64,000 nt of DNA, taken from NCBI GenBank assembly GCA_965207065.1, contig OZ242260.1:992001-1056000 (forward strand), read 5' to 3'. A model generated the notes under the pieces. It did no database searches, had not been told where the DNA came from, and worked only from the letters and a program-made list of their open reading frames with translations. Source of the DNA: a bacterium (GTDB lineage Bacteria > UBA8248). Shown here in pieces: positions 33,358 through 43,914 of this stretch (position 1 is the first letter of the stretch; every line of letters starts with the position of its first letter). The position numbers were made by a program, and so were the translations under genes.

Positions 33358-35580
33358 ATGAAACCACGAACCTGCGCCATCGCCTTACTCGGAATGTTTC
33401 TTCTCCCGGCAATCGCTTCTCCGGCGCCCAAGGAACGCCGCACGCGCGCGGCAAAACCCGTGGTCCAAAACCAGACTGCACTCTCAGCTCTGCCCGCCCG
33501 AATCGAAAAACTCCTGGAGAAGGAGCGATACGAGGAACTCATCCGCATGCTGCGCCGGAGTAAAACCGACATGGGCGGCAGGCGCGCTTTTCTGCTGGGC
33601 CACGCCTACTTGAAGCTCAAGCAATATCGCCCGGCGGTCAAAGCGTTTCAAAACGCGCTCGGGCAAATTCCCTCGCTCGAGAACTACTCTCTCCTGTTTC
33701 TGGCGAAAGCCGCAATCGGATCGAAAAACAACGCCATCGCCCGGCGCGCGCTCGAGAAACTGGTGAAAAAAGGAAAGAACGCTCCCGAGCCTCCTTTCGT
33801 CTACGAGGAGTTGATACGCATACACCGGGAGGAAAAACGACCCCTGAGCGCGGCGAAGATCGCCAAGCGCTACCTGCTCCTGTTCCCGAAAAGCTACCAG
33901 GCGCCCGATTTTCTGCTCAGGCGCGCCAAGGCGCTCCGGGCCGCGCGGCGAAACAGGCAGGCCGCGCTCGCCTTTCGGGCGTTGTGGCGGCGGCACCCCG
34001 AACATCCCGGCGCGCGAAGGGCGCTACGACGCTCGCTGAGAATCGGCGCCGCACTCTCTCCGCCTCTTAAAAAACCGGGGGCCAAGACCCACTACGAACG
34101 CGCCCGGCTCCTCAGAAAACGCTATCACTTCGAGAAGTCTTTGAGAGGGCTTCGGGACCTGAAGCGCCTGTTTCCCAAGGCGCCCTACCACGAGGGCATC
34201 GTCTTCAACGAAGCGCTCGCGCTGTTTTCCCTGCGCCAGACGAAACAGGCGGACCCCGCCCTCAGGCACGCCATCAGGCATTTCCCCGCAGGCAGCGCCC
34301 AGCGGGCGGAGGCGCGGTATTTCCTGGCCAGAAACCATCTGCGAAAAGGGATTCAACCCGCCTTCGAAAAGCAGGCGCATCGCCTGCTCAAGGAGAAGAA
34401 AAAAGGGAAATGGGCGGCGAAGACGCGCTACCTCCTCGCCCGCGTTTATGAGGACGACCGAAATTTCAAAAAGTCCGCACGCTATTACCAGAATGTAATT
34501 TCCAAACACCCGCGCTCCCCGCTGGCACCCAAGGCGCTGTTCCAACTCGCCTGGCTCCGCTTTCAGTCGAAAGACTACCGCCGGGCGCACAAAGAATTCT
34601 CGAAGATGAAAACCACCTATCCCGAACACTGGCTGGTATCCTCCGCCACCTACTGGGCCGGCGTTTCCGCAGAAAGAACAGGCGACAGAAAGAGCGCCCT
34701 CGCCCAGTACCGCGCCTGCGCCAGGGGACACCGCCACCGCTATTACGGACAACTCGCCCTGCGGGCCATCGATCGTCTCACGCGCGGGGGAGACCCGGTC
34801 GCGACGAAGCCTCCCCCTTTGAGAGAGGCCGGCTACCGCAAGTGGCAGCGGCCACCGCCGAAAAGCGCTCCGGTTCGAGAGGCGGCCGCGCTGCTCTCCT
34901 CCATGGGTTTTCATGAACTCGCCGCCAAGGAGTACCGCCGCCTCGGCTCATCGCCATATTCGCGCTACCACGCTGCGCGCGCCTTTACAGCGGCGGGCCA
35001 GAGCCACCGCGCCATATACCTGATCAACAAATCGTTCTGGGATGCGGTGCGCGCGGGCGGAAGCGACCTGCCGAGAAAGTTCTGGGAAATCGTCTACCCC
35101 CTCGCCGTCAAACGCAAAGAGCCCGGAGGGGCGAACCCCTATCTGGTGAACGCCGTCATCAGGGCGGAGAGCTCCTTCGACCCCCGCGCGTTCTCCCCCG
35201 CAGGCGCGATGGGACTGATGCAGCTCATGCCGGCGACCGGACGCAGGCTCGCGAGAAAGCACAAAATCCGCATCAAGTCCGTGAACGAACTGTTCGACCC
35301 GAAGATCAACACCCGCCTGGGCGCGAGGCATTTAGGCGCGCTCATTCGCGAGTTCGGCGGCGCGCTCGTTCCCGCGATCGCGAGCTACAACGCGGGCCGC
35401 TTGCCCGTGAAAAGATGGTGGAAGGCCGGACGCAACAAACCGATCGAAATCTTCATCGAGGAAATTCCCTACCAGGAAACGAAAAACTACGTCAAAAGAG
35501 TTCTGGGCTATTACCACGAATATAAAAGAATCTATGGCGAGGCGAATCGCTCGAAACGGGGGGGAACGCCTCCCTCATGA
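33358..35580 (+). CDS. Soluble lytic transglycosylase with TPR repeats
   Basis: Signal peptide, TPR helices, IRAESSF, GLMQLMP, SYNAG, ETKNYV. Confidence 0.92.
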   Translation: MKPRTCAIALLGMFLLPAIASPAPKERRTRAAKPVVQNQTALSALPARIEKLLEKERYEELIRMLRRSKTDMGGRRAFLLGHAYLKLKQYRPAVKAFQNALGQIPSLENYSLLFLAKAAIGSKNNAIARRALEKLVKKGKNAPEPPFVYEELIRIHREEKRPLSAAKIAKRYLLLFPKSYQAPDFLLRRAKALRAARRNRQAALAFRALWRRHPEHPGARRALRRSLRIGAALSPPLKKPGAKTHYERARLLRKRYHFEKSLRGLRDLKRLFPKAPYHEGIVFNEALALFSLRQTKQADPALRHAIRHFPAGSAQRAEARYFLARNHLRKGIQPAFEKQAHRLLKEKKKGKWAAKTRYLLARVYEDDRNFKKSARYYQNVISKHPRSPLAPKALFQLAWLRFQSKDYRRAHKEFSKMKTTYPEHWLVSSATYWAGVSAERTGDRKSALAQYRACARGHRHRYYGQLALRAIDRLTRGGDPVATKPPPLREAGYRKWQRPPPKSAPVREAAALLSSMGFHELAAKEYRRLGSSPYSRYHAARAFTAAGQSHRAIYLINKSFWDAVRAGGSDLPRKFWEIVYPLAVKRKEPGGANPYLVNAVIRAESSFDPRAFSPAGAMGLMQLMPATGRRLARKHKIRIKSVNELFDPKINTRLGARHLGALIREFGGALVPAIASYNAGRLPVKRWWKAGRNKPIEIFIEEIPYQETKNYVKRVLGYYHEYKRIYGEANRSKRGGTPPS

Positions 35581-36791
35581 ACAAACCGCGCTCTCTTCTG
35601 GCCATCGGCCTCATGTCGGGAACCTCCGCCGATGGCGTGGACGCCGCCCTGGTGCGGATTCTCCCGGGCGAGCGGGCGCAAGTCGAAACCCTGGGCTTTC
35701 ACACAACTCCTTATCCTAAGGACCTAAGGAAACGGCTGCTGCTCGCCGCAGGCGAGGAGGGCGCCCGGACGGAGGAGGTTTGCGCTCTGCACCGGGAGGT
35801 GGGTGAAGCATTCGCCAACGCCGCGCTCGAAGTGGCGTCACGCTCCGACACCCCGCTTGAAAAAATCGACTTTATCGGCAGCCACGGCCAGACAGTGCGC
35901 CATCTGCCGGATGGCATGGAGGGAACGCACGGGCCGCTGCTCCCCTCCACCTTCCAGATAGGCGATCCCGCCTTCATCGCCCAGCGCACGGGAATCACCT
36001 GCGTCAGCGATTTCAGATCGCGCGACGTGGCCGCAGGCGGCGCGGGCGCTCCCCTGACCCCCTGGGCGCACCGGATTCTCTTCAGCCGGGAGAACGCCGC
36101 CTCCGCTTTCCTGAACCTGGGCGGTATCTCGAACATCACCTATCTCCCTCCCGCAGGAGAGGAAGGTGTCTTCGGTTTCGATTGCGGACCGGCGAACATG
36201 ACGCTCGACGCGCTCGCACGGCGAATCACAAACGGGGAGAAAACCCACGACACGGGCGGCGACCTGGCGGCGGCGGGCCGCGTATGCCCCGAAACCCTGG
36301 CCGAGCTCCGCCGGCACCCATACCTCAAACGAAAGCCACCCAAAAGCACGGGCAGGGAGATGTTCGGCGATACGTTCGTCAACGAAACCGCCGAGCGCAT
36401 GGCTGCGCGCGGAAGCGAGTTGAAAGACGCCATCGCCACGCTCACCGCCTTTTCCGCTTCGTGTGTTGCGGATGCGATTCGGGATTTCATACCAACCGAC
36501 CCTCCACTCGCCGAGGTGGTGGTCGGCGGCGGCGGGGTCCACAACAACACCCTGATGCGCCGCCTGCGCGAAGCGCTGGGAAACCAAACCCTCGTCAAGA
36601 GCGACGCGCGGGGCGTCTCGCCCGATGCCGTCGAGGCAGTCTGTTTCGCCTTGCTGGCGCGGGGCACTCTCACCGGAGGGGCGAACAACCTGCCGAGCGT
36701 CACAGGAGCCAGAGAAGCCGTATGCCTCGGGAATATCACGCAGGGGCGGAATTTTGCTTCCCTGATGAGGCGTTTCCTCAATTCCATGTGA
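35577..36791 (+). CDS. anmK: Anhydro-N-acetylmuramic acid kinase
   Basis: GLMSGTS.DG.D, GSHGQTV.H, DFRSRD.A.GG.GAPL, NLGGISN. Confidence 0.96.
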   Translation: MNKPRSLLAIGLMSGTSADGVDAALVRILPGERAQVETLGFHTTPYPKDLRKRLLLAAGEEGARTEEVCALHREVGEAFANAALEVASRSDTPLEKIDFIGSHGQTVRHLPDGMEGTHGPLLPSTFQIGDPAFIAQRTGITCVSDFRSRDVAAGGAGAPLTPWAHRILFSRENAASAFLNLGGISNITYLPPAGEEGVFGFDCGPANMTLDALARRITNGEKTHDTGGDLAAAGRVCPETLAELRRHPYLKRKPPKSTGREMFGDTFVNETAERMAARGSELKDAIATLTAFSASCVADAIRDFIPTDPPLAEVVVGGGGVHNNTLMRRLREALGNQTLVKSDARGVSPDAVEAVCFALLARGTLTGGANNLPSVTGAREAVCLGNITQGRNFASLMRRFLNSM

Positions 36792-36863
36792 GGATGCTCA
36801 TACTCAAACGAATCAAGATGCGGCATCATGCTCTGTCGACTTTCAACCATCAGGAGATAAAAC

Positions 36864-38051
36864 GTGGATGCGGCCATCGAGGCGCAAGCCGTCTCACTCA
36901 CCAAGGATTTAATCGCGATTCCCAGCGAGAACCCCACGGGCGATGAATTCGCCATGGCGGACCGGATGGAGGCGTATTTCCGGGGCATCGGGCTCGAGGT
37001 AATGCGCGAGCGCGTCTCCGAGAGACGCGAGAACGTAACGGCGGAGATCACAGGCTCGGGAGACGGCCCCGCCCTCGTTTTTCTCAATCACATGGATACC
37101 GTGCCCGTGGGCGAGGGCTGGTCGCGCGAGCCGTTTCTCGCGACCGAGGAGGAAGGGAAGATTTGGGGGAGGGGAAGCTGCGACATGAAGGGCGGCATCG
37201 CGGCGAGTCTCGCGGCGATGGAGAACCTCAAGCGGCGAATCGACGGCGGGGCGACGGCGAAGGGCACCGTTCGCTGCTGCATGGTGGTGGATGAGGAAAG
37301 CGGCTGCATGACAGGCACCGAAGCGGCTATCGCGAGCGGATACATCGGCGCGGACGACATCGTGATTTCCTGCGAGCCGACCGAACTCGCCCTGATAACG
37401 GCGCAAAAAGGCGCCATGTGGTTCGAGATCATCTTCGGTGGAAAGAGCGCCCACGCCGCGGCGCCCCACATGGGAGCGGACGCGATTCACGCCGCATCCC
37501 ACGCCGTGGTGGCCCTACAGGAAGCGGTGGCGCAACTGCCCTACGAAGACCCCCTGCTGGGGCGATGCACCATGGTCACGAGCATGATCGACGGGGGCCA
37601 CAAGACCAACGTGGTGTCGGAGAGATGCGCGATGCAGATCGACTCACGCTTCGTCCCGCCCCTGCGGACGTCAGACATCCAGCAAATCATTCACGAGAAA
37701 GCCGCCGAGGCCTGCGAACGGGTGAGCGGGGTCGAATTCTCCCTGCGCGCCACCATAGCGGACCGACCACCCGTGACGGCGGACACCGACAGCCCCGGCG
37801 CCAAACTCATTTTCGAGACTTTGGGAGAAATCCTGGGCTCCGAACCCGAGCCCGCGGGGGTGAGTTATTACTCGGACGCCGGTATGGCCGCGGCCCAGAC
37901 CGGGAGCCGAAACTGCTTTCTCCTGGGGCCTGGAAACATCGAACAAGCCCACACGCCCGATGAATTCATCGAAGTCGATTCGCTGAAAAATGCAGCCCGC
38001 GTCTACGGCAGACTGCTCGAAAAATTCGTGCTGGACGAAAACTCACCATAA
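36864..38051 (+). CDS. M20 ArgE/DapE-family deacylase
   Basis: HMDTVP, GRGSCDMKGG, DEE, EPT, AHTPDE. Confidence 0.9.
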   Translation: MDAAIEAQAVSLTKDLIAIPSENPTGDEFAMADRMEAYFRGIGLEVMRERVSERRENVTAEITGSGDGPALVFLNHMDTVPVGEGWSREPFLATEEEGKIWGRGSCDMKGGIAASLAAMENLKRRIDGGATAKGTVRCCMVVDEESGCMTGTEAAIASGYIGADDIVISCEPTELALITAQKGAMWFEIIFGGKSAHAAAPHMGADAIHAASHAVVALQEAVAQLPYEDPLLGRCTMVTSMIDGGHKTNVVSERCAMQIDSRFVPPLRTSDIQQIIHEKAAEACERVSGVEFSLRATIADRPPVTADTDSPGAKLIFETLGEILGSEPEPAGVSYYSDAGMAAAQTGSRNCFLLGPGNIEQAHTPDEFIEVDSLKNAARVYGRLLEKFVLDENSP

Positions 38052-38060
38052 CCATCGCCA

Positions 38061-40412
38061 TCACTCAACGGCGTGCTTTTCCAGCGCCCGGAGCAATTCC
38101 ATGATGCTGTCGAGCGCTTCCGCTGCGCCGAGGTCAAGAAAGATGCGGCGCGCTTCGGTCAGGCATTCGCGTGAGGCCTCCCATTCGCGTCCCTCGAAAT
38201 GCACCCGGCCCAGGCTCCCGAGCGCTACGCCCTGAGCGAGTACGCTCCCTTGTTCGCGGTTTATCTCCAGGGCCGCCTCATACGATTCACGCGCTTCGGG
38301 CAAATCGCCCCGCGCGTAGTGAATGTTCCCCATCCCGCTCAGGTTCGCCGCCTCGGCTTTTCTGTTCTCGAGTCCGCGATTCAGGCGCAAGGCGTTCTCG
38401 TAATACCGAAGCGCGCGCGTGAATTGCTCCTGCGCGGCAAAGCTCACCCCCATCTGAGAGTACACCAGGGCTTCGCCCGCCTTGTCCCCGATTTTCTGAC
38501 AGAGATTCAGCGCTCCGTCCAGGCTTACCTGCGCCGCTTCGTACTCGCCCGTCTCCGTCAAGACGGAGGCCAGCGCGGTGTGCGCCCGCGCCTCGCTGCG
38601 CCTGTCCCCCGACCTGTGGAACAGATGCGCCGCCTCGGAAAGATGTTCTCTGGCTTTTTCCTTATCCCCCAGACGGCGGAACAACCGACCGACCCGCATC
38701 CGTAAGGTGGATAATTGCTCCAGCGCTCCCTGCGGCCCGATATAGTCGATCGTCTTCTCGTAGGATTCCGCCGCCTTCTGGTCATCGCCCTTTCGCTGGT
38801 AGAAATACCCCATGTTCCTGGAGATCACCGCCTGCACCGGTACATCCCGACCCGCTTCCCGGAACGCCTCGCGCGAATAGGAAATCGCAGGCTCCACTTT
38901 TTCCCGCAGATAGGAAGCCACGGCCAGCGCGTTGAGAACGGGCGCGAGTCGACTCGCGCGCCGCAAGGATTCCTTGAGGTGTTCCGTCGCATCCTGATTG
39001 CGCCCCAGTATCATCTCGAGAATGGCCAGACGCAGATATTCCTCGGAAGCCGGCGTCTGTCGGGTTCTCTCGCGTTGACCGAGATCGATGCCGGCGGCAT
39101 TCACAACGCCCGGGGTCCAGGCAGGAAGCTTATGCTCCAAGTCTTCCGCCAGGAGCAAATCTCCCGGACAAAAATCCGCCACGAGTTCGCGTATCAATTC
39201 AGAGGGTGTGTTGGCCGGAGTCTCGTGCGAGGCGGCCAGCGGCGCCGCTTCGCCCGGAACGAGTTCCTCCACATCATCGTCGAGTGGAAAATCAATCTCC
39301 CCGGTGTCTTCCGCCACCCCGGGTTCTTCCTGCAAGGCTGCGCTTTGCGAAAAGTCTTCATCCTCGGCGCGTTCACGCTGAATGAGGGAAATGACATCTT
39401 CCTCGGCAACGGGCGCCGGTGCGGACTCCTCTTCCGACTCCGGAGGCGAAGACCCCTCTTCGGGCTCAAGAACTTGTGAATCGGGAGGAGCTTCATCGGG
39501 TTCAGCTTCCGCGAAAACCGGCTCCTCAGGCCGCGTCGGCGGCGGCTCGTCAACATACTCTTCGAATTGTGGTTCCGGCTTCGATTCCCGAGCGGCTTCC
39601 ACGGCCTCGTCATCCCGATCCTCGCGCGCAGGCTCAGCGGGCGCATCCGCCACGCCTTCGCCCTCACGCGTAAGACGAAGAACCTCCTCCTCGCCTTCCT
39701 CCTCAGGCGCAGGCGCATCAACACGAACCTCGCTCACGGCGGGAATCCGCATGCGCAGCGGGGCGCCTGCTCCCTGGCTGACTTCGGCGGCCTCCTGCAT
39801 CTCCTCATCGTCGAGAACTTCCTCGAACCGCGTTTCGCTGTCGACTTTCGCCGGCGAAGCGGGCGGCTCGACCAAAGAGGCCTCCATTAACTCATCCGCC
39901 TCCCGAGGGTATTCCGCATCAACCGGCTCGGACAATCCATCCCACCAGGGAGCGTCCGTCTCCGAGGCGGGGGCTTTATCCGCGCCAGACACCGGCTTTT
40001 CGTCATCTCCCGGCGGAGCCTCGCCTTCGGCAGGGGGGGTCTCATCTGTAAGAACCTCGCGACTTTCCACTTCGATGATCCGCACGCCTTCTTCCACGTC
40101 ATCCAGCGATTCCGAGGAATTGGCGGCTACCTCACGGACGCTTCCGCTCTGGGCCGCCTCCTGTCGATCCTCATCTTCTCGATCCTCATCGACGTCAGGT
40201 ATGAAATCATCGATGAAGCGAGAGGAAACATCCTCCCAGCTGTCGAGCGCGCTGCCCCGGGACCCGCCTTTCGAATCGCCGCCCCGTGCATGCGCTGAAC
40301 GCCTCGTGCGCTGCAAAGCGCGGCGGCGCATCCACAAAACGACGGGGATACCCAAAAGGGCGACCACTCCCACCGCGCCGAACATTATCTTCCAGACAGC
40401 CAATTCAAACAT
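38061..40412 (-). CDS. Membrane-anchored protein with long acidic region and C-terminal TPRs
   Basis: N-terminal TM segment, long E/D/P/A-rich stretch, repeated TPR helices. Confidence 0.8.
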   Translation of the reverse strand: MFELAVWKIMFGAVGVVALLGIPVVLWMRRRALQRTRRSAHARGGDSKGGSRGSALDSWEDVSSRFIDDFIPDVDEDREDEDRQEAAQSGSVREVAANSSESLDDVEEGVRIIEVESREVLTDETPPAEGEAPPGDDEKPVSGADKAPASETDAPWWDGLSEPVDAEYPREADELMEASLVEPPASPAKVDSETRFEEVLDDEEMQEAAEVSQGAGAPLRMRIPAVSEVRVDAPAPEEEGEEEVLRLTREGEGVADAPAEPAREDRDDEAVEAARESKPEPQFEEYVDEPPPTRPEEPVFAEAEPDEAPPDSQVLEPEEGSSPPESEEESAPAPVAEEDVISLIQRERAEDEDFSQSAALQEEPGVAEDTGEIDFPLDDDVEELVPGEAAPLAASHETPANTPSELIRELVADFCPGDLLLAEDLEHKLPAWTPGVVNAAGIDLGQRERTRQTPASEEYLRLAILEMILGRNQDATEHLKESLRRASRLAPVLNALAVASYLREKVEPAISYSREAFREAGRDVPVQAVISRNMGYFYQRKGDDQKAAESYEKTIDYIGPQGALEQLSTLRMRVGRLFRRLGDKEKAREHLSEAAHLFHRSGDRRSEARAHTALASVLTETGEYEAAQVSLDGALNLCQKIGDKAGEALVYSQMGVSFAAQEQFTRALRYYENALRLNRGLENRKAEAANLSGMGNIHYARGDLPEARESYEAALEINREQGSVLAQGVALGSLGRVHFEGREWEASRECLTEARRIFLDLGAAEALDSIMELLRALEKHAVE

Positions 40413-42012
40413 TCGCCGTCTCCCGACGGATGAGTTTACGCAGCGCACGGCCGGCGCGCGCTCCGGTATGGCTCCCACCTTCCACGACGACTTCTCCGTT
40501 CACGAGAACCATCTCTACGCCCGAGGGGTAGGCAATGGGCCGCTCGTAGGTACACTCGTCACGTATCTCGTCGGGATTGAACAAAACGATATCGGCTTTC
40601 ATTCCGACCGCGAGACGCCCCCGATCCGCAATGCCCAGCCGTTCGCAGGGAGCGGAGGTCATCTTGCGTATCCCCTCGGCCATCGTGAAGAGCCCCTCGT
40701 CCCGCGCCAGCGCGCCCAGGACGAAGGGAAACGTGCCGAAATTCCTCGGATGCGGCCTGCCCGCGCCCAAGGGCGGCTCGTGCGTGAGCGCGCCCGCGTC
40801 CGAACCCACCATGACGTAGGGCTTGCCGAGGATGCGGCGCATGTTCTCCGCGCTCATCATGAAAATGAGAATCTCGACGTTCATCCCCTCCTCGAGCAGC
40901 AAATCGAGCATCGCATCCACGGGGGCCGCATTCCGGGTCTCCCCCAGAACCGCGAGGGTGAGGCCCTCGCAAGGCCGGTTCGCCTCCGTGAACACCCGGC
41001 TGATCAAAATATTCTCCCAGTAGGAGGGCTCGGGGTGCGCACTCATGATCTCGCCCCGCAACCTCGTCCTGGTTTCCGGGTTGGCGAGACGCGCCATTTT
41101 CTCGTCGAGAGCGCCGTCATGCGCCCAATCGGGCAACAGCGCGCTCAGGTGGGTGTTCGAGGCCGTGTAGGGATACCGATCACAGGTCACGTCCTCTCCC
41201 CTCTCCCGGGCACGCTCGATCCGGGCGAAGGCCTCGTCGAGCTTCTCCCAATTCCGCTCGCCCGCCGTCTTCAGGTGGCTGATCTGAAGCGGCAGCCCCG
41301 CCGATGCGGCCGCGCCCATCACCTCGTCCATCGCCTCGAGAAGCGCGTCTCCCTCGCTGCGCATGTGGGTGGCCAGAAGCCCCCCCTTGCGCGCCGAGAC
41401 CCGGCAAAGGGCGGCGAGTTCTTCTTTATCCGCGAAACAGGCCGGCGCATAGACCAATCCGGTGGACAGACCGAAGGCACCCTGCGCCATTCCCGAGGAG
41501 AGCATCTCCTCCATCGCGGCGAGTTCTTCCGCGCGGGCCGCGCGCGCCACGCCGCCCATTACGCTCGCGCGAATCGTGTTGTGCCCCACCAGATGCGCAT
41601 AGTTAATCGATACGCCCACATCATCCACGTGATGAAGGTGCTCGCCAACGCTCTGAAACGGGAGGTCCAGGTCGAATTGCTCCCGGTACCATTTCCTGCG
41701 CTCCTCGGCCTCGGCCCCGCGAATCGGGGAGGCGGCGTAGCCGCAGTTACCTCCCACGTCGGTCGTCACCCCCTGGCGAACCTTCGCGTGCGCCTCGGGA
41801 TTGATGAGGAGGTAGTAATCCGAATGACCGTGAATGTCGACGAATCCGGGGCTCAGCGCCAGACCTCTCGCGTCGACCTCGCGATGAGCGGAGCCGCTCA
41901 CTTTGGGACCAACCTCAGCGATGGCGTCTCCGCGAACGGCGAGCGCACCTTCATACGGGGGGTCGCCCAAACCGTCGAATATCATGGCATGGTGAAATAT
42001 GACGTCATACAT
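40405..42012 (-). CDS. N-acyl-D-amino-acid deacylase family amidohydrolase
   Basis: PGFVDIHGHSD, GNCG, GLSTGL.Y.P, HMRSE, SHLK, HPRNFGTF. Confidence 0.92.
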   Translation of the reverse strand: MYDVIFHHAMIFDGLGDPPYEGALAVRGDAIAEVGPKVSGSAHREVDARGLALSPGFVDIHGHSDYYLLINPEAHAKVRQGVTTDVGGNCGYAASPIRGAEAEERRKWYREQFDLDLPFQSVGEHLHHVDDVGVSINYAHLVGHNTIRASVMGGVARAARAEELAAMEEMLSSGMAQGAFGLSTGLVYAPACFADKEELAALCRVSARKGGLLATHMRSEGDALLEAMDEVMGAAASAGLPLQISHLKTAGERNWEKLDEAFARIERARERGEDVTCDRYPYTASNTHLSALLPDWAHDGALDEKMARLANPETRTRLRGEIMSAHPEPSYWENILISRVFTEANRPCEGLTLAVLGETRNAAPVDAMLDLLLEEGMNVEILIFMMSAENMRRILGKPYVMVGSDAGALTHEPPLGAGRPHPRNFGTFPFVLGALARDEGLFTMAEGIRKMTSAPCERLGIADRGRLAVGMKADIVLFNPDEIRDECTYERPIAYPSGVEMVLVNGEVVVEGGSHTGARAGRALRKLIRRETANV

Positions 42013-42081
42013 CGTGGACTGCCCGGGGCGGAAGCGGCTCGACCGTCGATCTTAGCAGCAAAGCGAATTATGGGCGAATCT

Positions 42082-43299
42082 TCATCCGCCTGCAATCGGC
42101 GGCGCGCCAGGGGCCCATTTCCCGTTAATCATCGCGGCGGTCAGCTCCAGGGAATCGGGATCGAGAATACAAAAATTCGCGGACAATCCCGGGGCTAGAC
42201 GGCCCAAAGCAGACTCCAGGCCAAGGACACGAGCGGGGTTTCGCGTGGCCGTCGCCAGAGCGGATGCGGTATCGAGCCCGCTCCACTTTCGAAGCCTGGG
42301 GAGCATCCCCGAGAGCGCGAGGCGGCTGCCGCTCAGCACGCCCTCGCTATAAACCGCGTCACCGGGTGTATCGTTGCTCGTTTCATCACCGCCGGCCCCG
42401 GTCCTTAACCCCGCGTCGGCCACCAGGTCCGATGTAAGCACCGTCCGCTCCCAGCCCCTGGCGCTTACGAACGACCCGAGCGGACGCGGGGCGACATGCG
42501 CGCCGTCCGCTATCAGACCGGCGGAGAGCCTCGCGTCGTTTTGGACGAAATCCATGGGCGAGGCGCCCCTGTGCGCGGGCGTTTCCGGATGCCCGTATCG
42601 ATTGAACGCATGAACCGCGAACGCGCCGCCCGCCTCCAAAAACGCCTCCACACAATCGGCCTTGCCTTGAGTGTGCCCCATGGAGGGGACGACGCCGTTC
42701 TCCGACAGCCAGCGGGCGAAGTCCGCTGCGCCGGGCACCCCCGGCGAAAAGGTGATCATGGCCAGTCCCGGCGCGCCGCCCACGCCCAAGCCTCCCGCAG
42801 CCTGCGCGATCGCCTCGACCTCTTCTTTCGAGGGCGCGCGGATATGTTCTTGCGGATGCGCCCCCCTCATGGGCGGCTCCAGGTAAGGTCCCTCCAGGTG
42901 AACGCCCAGGATGCGCGCTTCGGCGCCGCCTTCTTCTTTTTGAAGCGCCCACGCTTCGCTCACCGCATGGGCGGCGCGAATCAAATCATCCCGAGAAGCC
43001 GTGGTGAGGGTGGGCAAAAAAGCCGTGGTTCCGCGTCTCGCCAACTCCCGGGCGATTCGCCGTACGCCGACGTCGTCGGCCGTCAAGAGCGCATCCGCGC
43101 CCAGGCCGTTCACCTGAAGATCCACGAAGCCGGGACACGCCAGCGCGCCGCCCAGGTCGAGGGCGCGCGCACCGGGGGGCAAAGGATGCGCGCCGCGCGG
43201 CCCCACATACGAAAAAACGCCCTCCTCGATGACGAGGAGGGCGTCGGCTATCCTTTCGAGCGGCGTATACGCCGTCACACCCGCGAGGCGCAGGGCCAT
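42082..43299 (-). CDS. nagA: N-acetylglucosamine-6-phosphate deacetylase
   Basis: PGFVDLQVNG, HLEGPY, GAH, GHT, HAFN, IADGAH. Confidence 0.85.
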   Translation of the reverse strand: MALRLAGVTAYTPLERIADALLVIEEGVFSYVGPRGAHPLPPGARALDLGGALACPGFVDLQVNGLGADALLTADDVGVRRIARELARRGTTAFLPTLTTASRDDLIRAAHAVSEAWALQKEEGGAEARILGVHLEGPYLEPPMRGAHPQEHIRAPSKEEVEAIAQAAGGLGVGGAPGLAMITFSPGVPGAADFARWLSENGVVPSMGHTQGKADCVEAFLEAGGAFAVHAFNRYGHPETPAHRGASPMDFVQNDARLSAGLIADGAHVAPRPLGSFVSARGWERTVLTSDLVADAGLRTGAGGDETSNDTPGDAVYSEGVLSGSRLALSGMLPRLRKWSGLDTASALATATRNPARVLGLESALGRLAPGLSANFCILDPDSLELTAAMINGKWAPGAPPIAGG

Positions 43300-43308
43300 G
43301 ACGCGGGC

Positions 43309-43914
43309 CTACTTCTTCTTTGCGCTTTTTTTCAGTTCCGCGCGTACTTTCGCGTTCGCGTCGATGAGCGACTCAATATTGTCTTTCGCCACCTCATACA
43401 GAGAGGATTGCACCCGCTCGAGAATCAGGCGGCCCGCCAGGGTGGTGACACCCGGTATCTTGGGCGGCGCTTCCTTGCCGCTAGAACCATTCGCGATCGC
43501 CTCGATGTCCTTGAGGACATCCTTGTCGTCGTAGAGTTCATTCTCCACGTACTGATATGTGAGCTTCACGTAATCTCTTTCTTTTCTCTCCTGGTCGCGC
43601 GTCTCGCGGACGATATTTTCCATGTCGGCGGAAACGGGTTTTTTCGACGAGGTGTTGCGCTTCTCGATCTGTTTGAAGTACTTGGCGTGATCGTAGGACT
43701 CGGGGAGTTCCTCGCCGGGTATCTTCGAGCTGATCTCGAAACGAATCGCCCTGTCGGCATCCACGAATTTCGGCGGGCCTATCTCGTAGGTGATGCCCTC
43801 GACGTTGAACCGGTCTCCCTTCTTGGGCTCGAATTGTTTCTGTAAGTCTTTCGTCAAGAGGTTCAGCGTGACGGAAGCGGTTTCCACGAAAAGCTGCGCT
43901 TGAAGTGAAGACAT
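43309..43914 (-). CDS. Hypothetical protein (201 aa)
   Basis: GAGGAG RBS, coding-like codon bias, stop 9 nt before the nagA start; no family recognised. Confidence 0.75.
   Translation of the reverse strand: MSSLQAQLFVETASVTLNLLTKDLQKQFEPKKGDRFNVEGITYEIGPPKFVDADRAIRFEISSKIPGEELPESYDHAKYFKQIEKRNTSSKKPVSADMENIVRETRDQERKERDYVKLTYQYVENELYDDKDVLKDIEAIANGSSGKEAPPKIPGVTTLAGRLILERVQSSLYEVAKDNIESLIDANAKVRAELKKSAKKK

Noticed and set aside
39382-42198. 938-aa plus-strand ORF
   Set aside because: Antisense shadow of the TPR and D-aminoacylase genes; Ser/Arg-rich with no motifs
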